Shown here: piece after piece, positions 38,213-47,622 of the stretch
Position numbering within the stretch: position 1 is the first letter of the stretch
How the letters are laid out: each line of letters begins with the position of its first letter
DNA from: an uncultured virus (IMG/VR IMGVR_UViG_2867919565_000004)
Taxonomy: Duplodnaviria > Heunggongvirae > Uroviricota > Caudoviricetes
IMG/VR virus record: IMGVR_UViG_2867919565_000004
Coordinates: 62,001-126,000 of that record
DNA length: 64,000 bases
Strand: one strand, 5' to 3'
Position numbers and translations under genes: made by a program
Notes under the pieces: model-generated
Database searches by the model: none
Told to the model about the DNA's origin: nothing
What the model saw: only the letters and a program-made list of their open reading frames with translations

Positions 38213-38934
38213 TTGATATGGAGTTTTTCATTACTGGAGAACCTATCTCTACAGAACTTGGTGAATGCAGATTCATTAAAGTTAAAGAGTACGGTCAGTT
38301 AGCCAATCATTTAAGGCTAATCAAAATGTCCAAAAAAGAGATCATTTATGTTTATAGCAAAGAAGATGTTAATCGTTTTGGGGAACTTGATGAGCTTGTT
38401 GCTGAGTTGAAAAAAATGACTCTTTATGAAATTTCGGGTACCCTTCCTAATTTTCAAGAAGCCTATAGCACAGTGTTATCTAAAATGTTCAACGGAAAAG
38501 AAATACTGGATAAGCTTACTCCAGACAACTTCGATTCCATTAGAGAACTTGTATTAAAAATGTGTTGTTTGAAGGAAGAAAAAATAAGCTCCAATCCTGA
38601 GATTCAAAAAGCTAATGAGCGAAGCAAAAGAGTCAAGAGTCAAGATGTGGATCAAGTAGATATGGCAGATATCATTAGCACAGTGTCGACTTATACAGGC
38701 TACCTATATAAGGACATTAATGACATGACCCTGTTTCAACTTTATATGACTTATCACCGGATTGCTCAATTCAAGCAATATGACACTTCTACCCTCTTTG
38801 CTACAGTTTCACCAGAAGCAGGTAAAAACATTGTGAACTGGGATAAACACATTGACTTATTTGAGGAAGAGAAACATTACATAAGCCGAGATAAATTTAT
38901 GAAAGAGACCAAAGGTTTTTCTAAGGGCAGCTAA
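38209..38934 (+). CDS. yomV: YomV-like protein
   Basis: Position upstream of tail tube gene. Confidence 0.6.
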   Translation: MIDMEFFITGEPISTELGECRFIKVKEYGQLANHLRLIKMSKKEIIYVYSKEDVNRFGELDELVAELKKMTLYEISGTLPNFQEAYSTVLSKMFNGKEILDKLTPDNFDSIRELVLKMCCLKEEKISSNPEIQKANERSKRVKSQDVDQVDMADIISTVSTYTGYLYKDINDMTLFQLYMTYHRIAQFKQYDTSTLFATVSPEAGKNIVNWDKHIDLFEEEKHYISRDKFMKETKGFSKGS

Positions 38935-38950
38935 GAGCTGTTCCCTTTTT
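38924..38950 (+). terminator. Intrinsic terminator
   Basis: AGGGCAGC-TAAGA-GCTGTTCC-CTTTTT. Confidence 0.6.
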
Positions 38951-38972
38951 ATTTTAAGGAGGAAATCTATAG

Positions 38973-39764
38973 ATGAAAACAGTTATTCAAGATACAGCTG
39001 ATGTTTATTTCAGAAGAAAATCTGATGGTCAGCTTGTATTCACAGCAGAAGCACAAACAGCTTCATTCTCCCAAGCCCTCTCTGAAGACAAGCTTCGTGG
39101 TGGTATCGGAAATAAACCACTTTATATCTTAAAGTCTGAAAAAGAAATCAATCTTACTGTCAAGAATGCATTTTTCGACTTAGAGTGGTTAGCAATGACA
39201 CAAGGTGAAACAATTGAAGAAGAAGCAAAAGTTCAGGTTTTTGACCGTGAGCATGGCCTAATTGTTGATGACAAAAATGCGGTTACTCTGAAAGGTAAAC
39301 CGGTAAGTGATTTAACCTTCTTCAACAAAAAAGGATTAACTTATAAGACGCCTGTATCTACAGATGGCACGTATTTAATCCCTACTGGATTTGCTGGTAC
39401 AAAAGAGAAATTAACAGCCGTATATCAGATTAACAAAATCGGCAGACGGCTCGCTATTAAAGCAAGTAAATTCTCTGAGCGATATGAAGTTGAGTACCGT
39501 ACAATTGCGTATAACCCTGATACCGAAGAGGTCTATAGCGATATCTACATTCAATTCCCTAACGTATCCCCTTCAGGTGAGTTTGAAATGTCCCTCGAAA
39601 ACGGTAATGCATTAGCTCCAGAAATTAAATTTGAAGCACTTGCCGATACTGACACAGATGAGATGGCTGTTGTTATTGAAGCGAGCAGAGATGATAATGT
39701 AGCCACTCCAGATCCTGACCCTGATACAGAAACTCAAACTAAATCCGTAGACGTTGGCAATTAA
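38973..39764 (+). CDS. yomU: YomU-like probable major tail tube protein
   Basis: MKTVIQDTADVYF...IQFPNVSPSGEFEMSLENG recognised from SPbeta. Confidence 0.8.
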   Translation: MKTVIQDTADVYFRRKSDGQLVFTAEAQTASFSQALSEDKLRGGIGNKPLYILKSEKEINLTVKNAFFDLEWLAMTQGETIEEEAKVQVFDREHGLIVDDKNAVTLKGKPVSDLTFFNKKGLTYKTPVSTDGTYLIPTGFAGTKEKLTAVYQINKIGRRLAIKASKFSERYEVEYRTIAYNPDTEEVYSDIYIQFPNVSPSGEFEMSLENGNALAPEIKFEALADTDTDEMAVVIEASRDDNVATPDPDPDTETQTKSVDVGN

Positions 39765-39784
39765 TTTTACAGGAGTGATTTTTA

Positions 39785-40252
39785 ATGGCAGCAAAACTTA
39801 ATGATTTCGATGGCGTAAAATCTTCAGCTAGAGATGATGGAAACGGTGGTTTAGTAACTGACATTCATCTCAAATCACAAGAAAAGCCTCTACAAGTTGA
39901 CTTCCCTCAAGCTGGTTTGGATGCTATCAAAGGGATCCAAGTACAATCCCCTTCCGTGACCTTGAATGAAAGAGATCCCGGTTTCTCCTCTTTTAAGACG
40001 GATAAATTCACTGTTACTTCAACAGCTCAAAAAATTACCGCCGGTATCACTGACAGGACAGCACTTACTATTTACCCTCCTGCAGAAGGCACGATTTACA
40101 TTGGGAACTCAACTGTAACTGCTGATACAGGCATCCCATTGACAGCCGGTGACAAACCTTTTTCAGTTCCTGTCGCCGCTGGTAAAACACTTTATGTTTA
40201 TGTGATCAATGATGGTACCGACAGAGACGTAAGAGTATTTGAAGCTAAATAA
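39785..40252 (+). CDS. Beta-rich structural/accessory tail protein
   Basis: IYIGNSTVT..GIPL..G pattern; follows tail tube gene. Confidence 0.6.
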   Translation: MAAKLNDFDGVKSSARDDGNGGLVTDIHLKSQEKPLQVDFPQAGLDAIKGIQVQSPSVTLNERDPGFSSFKTDKFTVTSTAQKITAGITDRTALTIYPPAEGTIYIGNSTVTADTGIPLTAGDKPFSVPVAAGKTLYVYVINDGTDRDVRVFEAK

Positions 40253-40320
40253 ATTGAGGGGATCCTTCCCCTCTCCTTTTTAAATAAAAGTCAGTTTTTA
40301 AACAGACTTAGGAGGTGGAG

Positions 40321-40680
40321 TTGTTGACAGAAACCGATGAAAATATTTTAAAAACCATTCCAGATAAAGCAACCTTTACATTCCACGAAGCAACAACTGC
40401 CCCGTCTGAAGGTGAAGAATTTGTAGTATCACATTATCGGGATATTACTGTTAAGATCTCTGGTTCCTCAACTTCAAGAGAAATAAAATTCTTTGCCGTA
40501 GATGAAAATGGTGAAAAGACAGAAATTGCTGGAACAAACAAAACTGATTTTCAACTAGGTACGGGGACATTGAATACAAATGAAAACTGGGATTTCGATA
40601 TTGCGGGGCTTTTCAAATTCATGGTTGAGGTTGTTTCCGTAAATGGAGATGTAACGATTAAAGGAATTGCGGTGAGTTAA
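40321..40680 (+). CDS. yomS: YomS-like (XepA-related) protein
   Basis: TFHEATT...ISGSSTSREIKFFA...WDFDIAGLFKF. Confidence 0.65.
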   Translation: MLTETDENILKTIPDKATFTFHEATTAPSEGEEFVVSHYRDITVKISGSSTSREIKFFAVDENGEKTEIAGTNKTDFQLGTGTLNTNENWDFDIAGLFKFMVEVVSVNGDVTIKGIAVS

Positions 40681-42011
40681 TGAGTAGCAGTAAATTTGTA
40701 GGTCAGCTCAAACAAAACAATGAGCAAATTAATAATCTTAAAGATCAATTTTTCAGAACTGAATCTCATATGTCAGACCATGAAAAACGCTTGAATGACA
40801 AAGTTGATGAGTTCATGGAAAAGCAGAATTTCGATTTGAAAATGCACATTCAAAACAATGAGAATCCGCATCATGTGACTAAAGAACAAGTCGGATTATC
40901 AAATGTAATAAATGAAGAGCAAGCCACAAAAGTAGATTTTGATAGTCATCTTGACGATAAGGAAAATCCCCATTCAGTTACTAAAAGCCAAGTTGGCTTG
41001 TCTAAGGTTGATAATGTACAGCAAGCAACGAAGGTTGATTTTGACGCTCACGATGCAGACCTTGATCGACATATCACAAAGGATGAGCGCAGTTATTGGA
41101 ACGGCTCAGATGAAAGGTCAAAGTCTTTTTTAGCTGAACATACTAACGATCAATCAAACCCACACAAGGTTACTGCTGAACAGGTTGGGCTTGGGAATGT
41201 AGACAATGTAAAACAAGCCGCTAAAAATGATTTTGATGATCATCTGAATGACACCAATGTTCATATCAGTAAGTCTGATCGGGATAAATGGAACGCTGCT
41301 CAACTTTTCAAGCTCACTGCCGATGATGGAAAGATAATCTACAAAGACAGTTCCGAAAAAACGGAATACAATGATTTAATTACCTCCGGGTTTTATTTAA
41401 TCGCTAACCAAGGGCTTCACTCCCCTGCTAACTTGTCCATTGTCTATTTGGTTGTCATGAATTATGGTGATACAGTAGCCCAATTTGCTTTAGAAGCATA
41501 TTACGGAACTCATACTTATTTCCGATTTAGAAAAAGCGATTTAACTTGGACTTCGTGGCAAACACATGAAACGACTGATGGAGCGCAATCCAGAGCTAAT
41601 ACTGCACTCAACTCAGCTAAAACCTATACTGATACCAAGCTTTCCTCAATGACATGGTACACTCCTACTTTACAGAATGGATGGGTTAATTACACAGATG
41701 CTAACTCTACAGATCAAACAGTGTTTAAAACTCGATACACAAAGGACGCTACAGGAACTGTCTTTGTAGAAGGTGCTATAGCAAAAGGTACGATTGGTTT
41801 TGGAGTAGCTGCATTTACTTTGCCTGAGGGATATAGACCTGGACGGGCGTTTCAATGGGTTGGCGTGGCTTCCCAATCAGGAATGTCAGGTGTCCCGCAA
41901 ACTCACAGAGCGCTTATTGACACTGACGGAAAAGTTATTATAGAAAATAGTTCAAACACCTCCAAACCCAATGATTACATTAGCTTAGGCTTTAGTTTTA
42001 AAGCCGTGTAG
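40680..42011 (+). CDS. yomR: YomR-like tail fibre protein with internal repeats
   Basis: Three NPH.VT..QVGL..V.N..QA repeats; knob-like and C-terminal FTLPEGYRP domains. Confidence 0.72.
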   Translation: MSSSKFVGQLKQNNEQINNLKDQFFRTESHMSDHEKRLNDKVDEFMEKQNFDLKMHIQNNENPHHVTKEQVGLSNVINEEQATKVDFDSHLDDKENPHSVTKSQVGLSKVDNVQQATKVDFDAHDADLDRHITKDERSYWNGSDERSKSFLAEHTNDQSNPHKVTAEQVGLGNVDNVKQAAKNDFDDHLNDTNVHISKSDRDKWNAAQLFKLTADDGKIIYKDSSEKTEYNDLITSGFYLIANQGLHSPANLSIVYLVVMNYGDTVAQFALEAYYGTHTYFRFRKSDLTWTSWQTHETTDGAQSRANTALNSAKTYTDTKLSSMTWYTPTLQNGWVNYTDANSTDQTVFKTRYTKDATGTVFVEGAIAKGTIGFGVAAFTLPEGYRPGRAFQWVGVASQSGMSGVPQTHRALIDTDGKVIIENSSNTSKPNDYISLGFSFKAV

Positions 42012-42021
42012 GGAGAATATT

Positions 42022-42300
42022 ATGATGCAAGTATACAAATATGACGAAAATTATATTTATGAATCCCCTGTTGTACTTGAAGACGATAGTCCGCTTCCTG
42101 ATAATTGCACTACTATAGCTCCATCCGATGGTCTTTACATTCCCAAATTCAGTCCTAAAACGAAAAAATGGATTGAGTCCGCATCAAAAGAATACATTGA
42201 CAGTTTAAAACCACTTGATCCCGAGCCATCGGAAGCTGAAAAGGTTAAAAAACAATTAAGTGACTTAACATATCAACTAATGATGGACGGTGTACTTTAA
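42022..42300 (+). CDS. Tail fibre assembly-like protein
   Basis: VYKYDEN...P.NCT.IAP..GLY.PKF...W. Confidence 0.65.
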   Translation: MMQVYKYDENYIYESPVVLEDDSPLPDNCTTIAPSDGLYIPKFSPKTKKWIESASKEYIDSLKPLDPEPSEAEKVKKQLSDLTYQLMMDGVL

Positions 42301-42453
42301 ATGAATTGGTATGAACTTATAAAAGATTATTACAACGACGGGAATGGTGTGTGGGATGAATACCGTGTAGCGCAAGCTGTAGTCAAAGGAAAAATTACAC
42401 CAGAACAGTACGAAGAAATTGTTGGAAAGAAATATATTGAACCAACTACCTAA
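42301..42453 (+). CDS. XkdX-family protein (not in ORF track)
   Basis: MNWYELIKDYY...VVKGKITPEQYEEIVG. Confidence 0.8.
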   Translation: MNWYELIKDYYNDGNGVWDEYRVAQAVVKGKITPEQYEEIVGKKYIEPTT

Positions 42454-42471
42454 TTATGATAATTTTAGGTT

Positions 42472-43320
42472 ATGAAAATAATAAATTTTATAACATTAAC
42501 CATTGCTTTAGTCATACTAGGAGGATGTTCATTTAACCAAGTTGATTCACCAGCTTTAGGCTATGGAAAAGGAAACAGTGAAAAATACGAGCCGCTAATG
42601 ATTGCACACAGAGGTGCATCGGAAATTGAGCCAGAACATACCCTACTCTCCTATGAACGAGCAATAAAAGACAAAGCAGACTACATTGAAATTGATTTAC
42701 GACAAACCAAAGACGGCCATCTAGTCGCAAACCATGACAAAACTGTTGATCGAACCACAAACGGAAAAGGAGAAGTAGAAGATCTTACATTAGACCAGAT
42801 TAAAAAGGTACATACTAGAAAAGAACAAAAGATCTTAACGATTGAAGAAATCATTAAGAAGTTTGGACAAACAACAAAATATTATATCGAGACTAGAACA
42901 AACAACGAAGGCAAATTGGTAATGGAGAAAAAGTTAATTGACATACTCTCTAAAAATAAACTAATCGCTAATAACAAAGTTGTTCTAGAATCATTCAGTG
43001 ACAAAAGTCTAAAGAAGTTACATAAGCTAAACAGTAATGTTCCTCTTGTTCAACTTTTAAAGGATAAAGACGTTAAGACTATGAGCAATTCAAAGCTAAA
43101 AGAAATAAAAAAATATTCTAATGTAGTTGGCCCTAATGCCAAATTAGTTAATAAAGATTTTGTTGAGAAAGTCCACAATAACCACATGAAAGTACATGTG
43201 TTTTTTGATACTGGTAAAGAAAGAACATTCACTTCCAAAATGCTAAAGTTGAAAGTTGATGGACTATTTACAAATAATCCAGCATATACAGAAAAAGTTC
43301 TAAAAGAAGATTATAAATAA
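42472..43320 (+). CDS. Glycerophosphodiester phosphodiesterase lipoprotein (GlpQ-like)
   Basis: Lipobox LGGC; IAHRGAS, PEHT, IEIDL..TKDG.LV..HD..VDRTT, DGLFTN. Confidence 0.9.
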   Translation: MKIINFITLTIALVILGGCSFNQVDSPALGYGKGNSEKYEPLMIAHRGASEIEPEHTLLSYERAIKDKADYIEIDLRQTKDGHLVANHDKTVDRTTNGKGEVEDLTLDQIKKVHTRKEQKILTIEEIIKKFGQTTKYYIETRTNNEGKLVMEKKLIDILSKNKLIANNKVVLESFSDKSLKKLHKLNSNVPLVQLLKDKDVKTMSNSKLKEIKKYSNVVGPNAKLVNKDFVEKVHNNHMKVHVFFDTGKERTFTSKMLKLKVDGLFTNNPAYTEKVLKEDYK

Positions 43321-43339
43321 AATACATGTTTTTTTATTT

Positions 43340-43372
43340 AGACACCTCTCCCCTATTGAGGTGTCTTTTTTA
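43340..43372 (+). terminator. Intrinsic terminator
   Basis: AGACACCTC-TCCCCTATT-GAGGTGTCT-TTTTT. Confidence 0.75.
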
Positions 43373-43405
43373 ATGAATTCAGAGGATATATAAGGAGGAA
43401 ATGAG

Positions 43406-43891
43406 ATGGCATCGAAAAAATTAAATCTTGGGTTGATCGAAGAAAGTGTAAGTAAATATGACAAGAAAGAACGAGTACAACTAACTGATGACGTTCATGT
43501 TTTTATTTACCCTTACTTCTCCCCTACCCGCTTGACCAAAATGCTTACTGAATTTATTACGGATCAAGAAGAGGCAAAAGAAGCTGGAATTAAGTTTGAA
43601 GATATTAATCCTGTTCAATGGGGATTCTTTTCATTAATTAAAGAATTTACAGACTTGGGTATTCCAAGTGATATCAAAAACAAAGTAAAGTGGTTTGTTA
43701 AGCTTGTGGACTCTGAATTTTTCCCATTGATTATTAGTAGTTTCCCTGAAGAAAGCATGAAGAAATTTAGAGAAGCAACAAAGATGATGCAAGAGAATTT
43801 AGACAAACTGTCAAACATATCTCAAGAAGAAATAAATGATCTTATCCTTAATAAGGTCGAAGAGATTGAAAATGAACAAAAGGCTGAATAA
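43406..43891 (+). CDS. yomO: YomO-like probable tail assembly chaperone
   Basis: Position; strong RBS. Confidence 0.6.
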   Translation: MASKKLNLGLIEESVSKYDKKERVQLTDDVHVFIYPYFSPTRLTKMLTEFITDQEEAKEAGIKFEDINPVQWGFFSLIKEFTDLGIPSDIKNKVKWFVKLVDSEFFPLIISSFPEESMKKFREATKMMQENLDKLSNISQEEINDLILNKVEEIENEQKAE

Positions 43892-44307
43892 TGGCCAAGA
43901 ATATAAAAGATATAGCAGCACTAATTGAATATGCCGCGAAGCAAGCCGTTCAAAAACAGGCAAACACAAAAAATACGATGATTAAAACAGGTCAAGAGCA
44001 TGTGCAATCTGATGTGTATGACACCTATGACCCCCTTGAATATGAACGTACCTCTCTTTTGAAGGACTCCTTTGTCATTCAAAACGAATCTAAGGGAATC
44101 TCATTAGACAATACCCGTGAAGACAACGGCAAGGACGTTGGCACGGTTGTTGAGACTGGTCAAGGATACACGTATCCAGATAAATACGGTTATGGTTACG
44201 GAAAACCACGTCCATTTATGAAGAATACTGCTGAATCCTTAAAAGATGGACGATTAGTTGCTGCTATGAAAAAAGATTTAAATGCAAGTGGTATTAAAAC
44301 AGAATAA
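43891..44307 (+). CDS. yomN: YomN-like tail completion protein
   Basis: VY..Y.P..YERT..L, PRPFM motif. Confidence 0.62.
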   Translation: MAKNIKDIAALIEYAAKQAVQKQANTKNTMIKTGQEHVQSDVYDTYDPLEYERTSLLKDSFVIQNESKGISLDNTREDNGKDVGTVVETGQGYTYPDKYGYGYGKPRPFMKNTAESLKDGRLVAAMKKDLNASGIKTE

Positions 44308-44320
44308 CGGTGGTGTATTA

Positions 44321-45340
44321 ATGGCCAAAATCAAAAAAGTGCGCTATTTCACCAAAGAAAGAAAAGCACTTATTTCAAAAGAAAACAGAAAGAAATACGA
44401 TAAGTATCTCAATAGCAACATAATCAAAAACAGAGATGTAAAAGACACTACCTACAAGGTTTACAGCAATTATATGGATCAGTTTTTGGTTTATCTCGCT
44501 GAAAAATGGTCTAATATCGATCTGTATTCTGAAGAATTCATGGAAGATGCAGTGGATATTATGGAAGGATACATTAGCTTTTGTCAGGATGTCCTTTTTA
44601 ACAATAAAAAAGTAATCAACACTAAGCTTTCAACAGTTTCGAGTTTTTATCTTTGGAGTCTTAAACGGGGGTATATCGATAAACACCCCTTCGATAAAAA
44701 ACTTGACCGCATGAAAGGTGCAAATGAAGAAAAAATCATCAACTCTTATTATCTCGATGATGAACAGATGAACCTTATAACTGAAACCCTCAAAACTGAC
44801 CCGAAATTTGATATCCAAGATAAGCTAATATGGTCTATAATGCTAGACTCAGCTAACCGAATCGGGGCTATTTCCAAGCTTACTATCCAGGCTCTTGATC
44901 TAGAAAACATGGTTTTTAATGACATACGAGAAAAACGGGGGTACAAGGTTGAAGTGGCATTTAACGACTACAGTAAAGAGCTAATACTCGAATGGTTAGA
45001 AATGCGAAAAGAGATGGATAATCTCGAAGTTGATTCCCTGTTCATTACTAAATACGGTGGTGAATATCGTCAAATGTCAAAAGGCACTATTCAAGACCGG
45101 GTTACCAAGATCGGAGAAATTCTTGGACTCGATGACTTTCATGCTCACTGCATCCGAAAAACTGCGCTCAATGACATCTACGTTAAAACTGGCGACCTCT
45201 CTCTCGCTGCTGAAATGGGAAACCACAAATCAGTTGAGACCACCCGTTCGAGTTATATTAAGCCTCAAACAAAAGCTGAAGTCCGCCAGAAGATCATTAA
45301 AATGAAACAGAAGATGCAAGAAAGTAAAAAGAAAGACTAA
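44321..45340 (+). CDS. yomM: YomM-like tyrosine recombinase
   Basis: ANRIGA (R), EKRG (K), HCIR, NHKS, SSY catalytic residues. Confidence 0.85.
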   Translation: MAKIKKVRYFTKERKALISKENRKKYDKYLNSNIIKNRDVKDTTYKVYSNYMDQFLVYLAEKWSNIDLYSEEFMEDAVDIMEGYISFCQDVLFNNKKVINTKLSTVSSFYLWSLKRGYIDKHPFDKKLDRMKGANEEKIINSYYLDDEQMNLITETLKTDPKFDIQDKLIWSIMLDSANRIGAISKLTIQALDLENMVFNDIREKRGYKVEVAFNDYSKELILEWLEMRKEMDNLEVDSLFITKYGGEYRQMSKGTIQDRVTKIGEILGLDDFHAHCIRKTALNDIYVKTGDLSLAAEMGNHKSVETTRSSYIKPQTKAEVRQKIIKMKQKMQESKKKD

Positions 45341-45457
45341 GAAAAGCTTGTTGGATAACATATCAATTGATTTGCTTTAGTCAGCACTCTTTATGAAATC
45401 CCTCTTTTATGCAGAATCAAGATCCTTCAAATGAGGGGTTTTGCTTATGTATAGAAT

Positions 45458-46165
45458 TCACGAATTGCTTTCACAGTAAGAGTTAATTTGAGTGACAATA
45501 CCTTTGATCATTTTTAAATAAAATTGTAAAGTATCTAATACAGGCTTTTTAGTTTTCTCAAACGAAAAGTATGCATTTACTTTCCCATTATATTGAGATG
45601 TATACGGATTATTATTTAAATCTTTGACAGGGACACCATTAACCGAAAACGGATGCTCAGATCCCTTAAACTGCAAATTAGACATATTAATTCCTGAAAT
45701 TGTAGCATAGTTAATAACACCCGACTTTAATTTTTTATTCCTTGTCAACTTTATATGCTTACTTTCATTTGTAATATTCTTAAACTCTTTTAACCAAAAA
45801 TCCCCACAATAAAAAGGTTGACTTTTTTTAAGCAACTGAAATATCTCCTTATGATCAGACTCTAATCCAACAAAGCACTTGTTCACCTCTTTATCAAAAG
45901 TTTTTTCCTGAGGATAGCATGGAAAATAGATTTTCCGTTTAATATGATTTATGTTACTGTGTCTTAATTTTGCCTTTTCCAAACAAAAAATTTCAAATAA
46001 ATCATATGCTGCATAATCTAACGATGAATTTAAGGTTTCTAAAAAATTCTTAACTTTAAAACTCAAAGAACGATCTAGGTCTTCGATCAGTGCCTGTTCA
46101 TGTAATGTAACAATTTTTTCAAAAATATCAGTTGCTTCTTCTATTAAATAAAGTGAATCGCTCAT
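45458..46165 (-). CDS. Hypothetical HEPN-like protein, moron
   Basis: Opposite strand with own GGAGG RBS; L.SSLDY, YFP, QP, NESKH. Confidence 0.65.
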   Translation of the reverse strand: MSDSLYLIEEATDIFEKIVTLHEQALIEDLDRSLSFKVKNFLETLNSSLDYAAYDLFEIFCLEKAKLRHSNINHIKRKIYFPCYPQEKTFDKEVNKCFVGLESDHKEIFQLLKKSQPFYCGDFWLKEFKNITNESKHIKLTRNKKLKSGVINYATISGINMSNLQFKGSEHPFSVNGVPVKDLNNNPYTSQYNGKVNAYFSFEKTKKPVLDTLQFYLKMIKGIVTQINSYCESNS

Positions 46166-46225
46166 GGTTTACCTCCCTTAATTGACCAATAATAACTAAC
46201 TATAGCAAAACAAGGAGGGAAAAAC

Positions 46226-46384
46226 ATGGAAAAGAACGAAATTATAAAAATTTTTGAAGAGGTTCTTGAAGATTGGTTTTCAATTGAATTATTGGTTGAA
46301 ATGCAATGCGGTGGTGAAAGCGAGTATTTAGAAGCAAAAAGAGATTTTATTAAAACAAGGTTTATGGAAGCGATAAATAAATGA
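46226..46384 (+). CDS. 52-aa hypothetical protein (not in ORF track)
   Basis: AAGGAGG RBS; MEKNEIIKIFEEVLEDWF... Confidence 0.6.
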   Translation: MEKNEIIKIFEEVLEDWFSIELLVEMQCGGESEYLEAKRDFIKTRFMEAINK

Positions 46385-46441
46385 TTGTTTTTCAGTTAGA
46401 TACGCTTAACACTTTATCTTGTCTGCCGATAGTAAGATGAG

Positions 46442-46861
46442 GTGTTGATAATGTTTAACAAAACAACTGTTCGACGGAAATTGGCTGAACTGGATGCAAC
46501 GGAGTTAATAAAATTTATAAGAACAGAATTTCCGTCCACTGGACAAGATATCAATTCATTAAATACAAAGCTTCAGGTTTTAAAATCTTTGAATCATGAG
46601 GAATTATCTGCAGCTATAGCAAGGATGTCAAGAATTGAAACAGCGTGCGATGTTTCAAAAACGATATCATTATCCGCAATCGTTGTAACAAGTATAACTC
46701 TTTTATTTAAAACAGTGTTCGGTGATAATAGCTCAGTAATGTCCTTTATGGTAATTCTTTGTGTTATAGCCGTATATAGATACACTGCACTTGATAAAAA
46801 TACTCATACGACTGCTGTGTATTTTAAAGACCTCCTCATTAGAATAAAAAGTGATAAATAA
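46442..46861 (+). CDS. Two-TM membrane protein
   Basis: GAGGTG RBS; hydrophobic C-half. Confidence 0.65.
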   Translation: MLIMFNKTTVRRKLAELDATELIKFIRTEFPSTGQDINSLNTKLQVLKSLNHEELSAAIARMSRIETACDVSKTISLSAIVVTSITLLFKTVFGDNSSVMSFMVILCVIAVYRYTALDKNTHTTAVYFKDLLIRIKSDK

Positions 46862-46929
46862 ACAATCTGCATTCATACTACCCTAATGGAAACCATGATA
46901 TAATGTAGGAAAATAATACTGGTGGTGGT

Positions 46930-47559
46930 TTGATGATCTGGGCTATCATTCTAATTTTAGTGGTTGGCGCTTTCATTATTATTGGGGTTAGCGCTTCGGA
47001 TAAACAAAAAGAAATGGACAAAAAAAGAGCTGGCGAGATTGAAACGGTTGGAAATTTCCCTTCTAATTATAAGTCCATCATAAATCCAGATAAAAATGCA
47101 AAGCTTACTTTAATTGATCCAGAAGATAAATTTGTAATTCACAGCTTCAAACAGGATGGAACATTAGAAGAGAGAATTATCCCCTTCAGCAAAATAATTC
47201 AAGCTGAAGTTACAATTGATGATAACACAGTTACAAAAGTGTCCAAAGGAAGTCAAATAACTGGTGCTGTTGTTGGTGGGTTAGCAGCAGGAAGTATTGG
47301 AGCGTTAGTTGGCGGGCTGTCTTCTAATAAGACAGAAACAAAGTACTTCAAAAAAATTGATTTAAAATTAAAGCTCGATGATTTCTCCTCCCCTATTTAC
47401 AGATTTGATTTCCTACCGAGTAAAGATGAATTTGGCCTAGAGAATGTTAAAGGGTTTAAACAGGATGATCCGAAAGTTAAAGATGCTTTATCAAATGCTG
47501 AAATATGGCAAGGTATTATGGAGATAGCAATACGGAAAGCAAACCAAGTCGCTCAATAA
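46930..47559 (+). CDS. yomJ: YomJ-like membrane-anchored protein
   Basis: N-terminal TM, GAVVGGLAAGSIGALVGG glycine zipper; directly before tape measure; own TATAAT upstream. Confidence 0.6.
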   Translation: MMIWAIILILVVGAFIIIGVSASDKQKEMDKKRAGEIETVGNFPSNYKSIINPDKNAKLTLIDPEDKFVIHSFKQDGTLEERIIPFSKIIQAEVTIDDNTVTKVSKGSQITGAVVGGLAAGSIGALVGGLSSNKTETKYFKKIDLKLKLDDFSSPIYRFDFLPSKDEFGLENVKGFKQDDPKVKDALSNAEIWQGIMEIAIRKANQVAQ

Positions 47560-47575
47560 TGAGTGGCTTTTTTAT
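47546..47575 (+). terminator. Intrinsic terminator
   Basis: AAGTCGCTCA-ATAA-TGAGTGGCTT-TTTT. Confidence 0.7.
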
Positions 47576-47622
47576 ATGCCCTAAAAATCACTCTCCCCTA
47601 TTCGAAAGGATGTGACCTATAT

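Noticed and set aside
40860..41240. Repeats within yomR as a DGR or shufflon
   Set aside because: They are in-frame protein repeats of a fibre shaft; no reverse transcriptase or inverted cassettes
44321..45340. Prophage integrase marking an att boundary
   Set aside because: Phage structural genes continue on both sides
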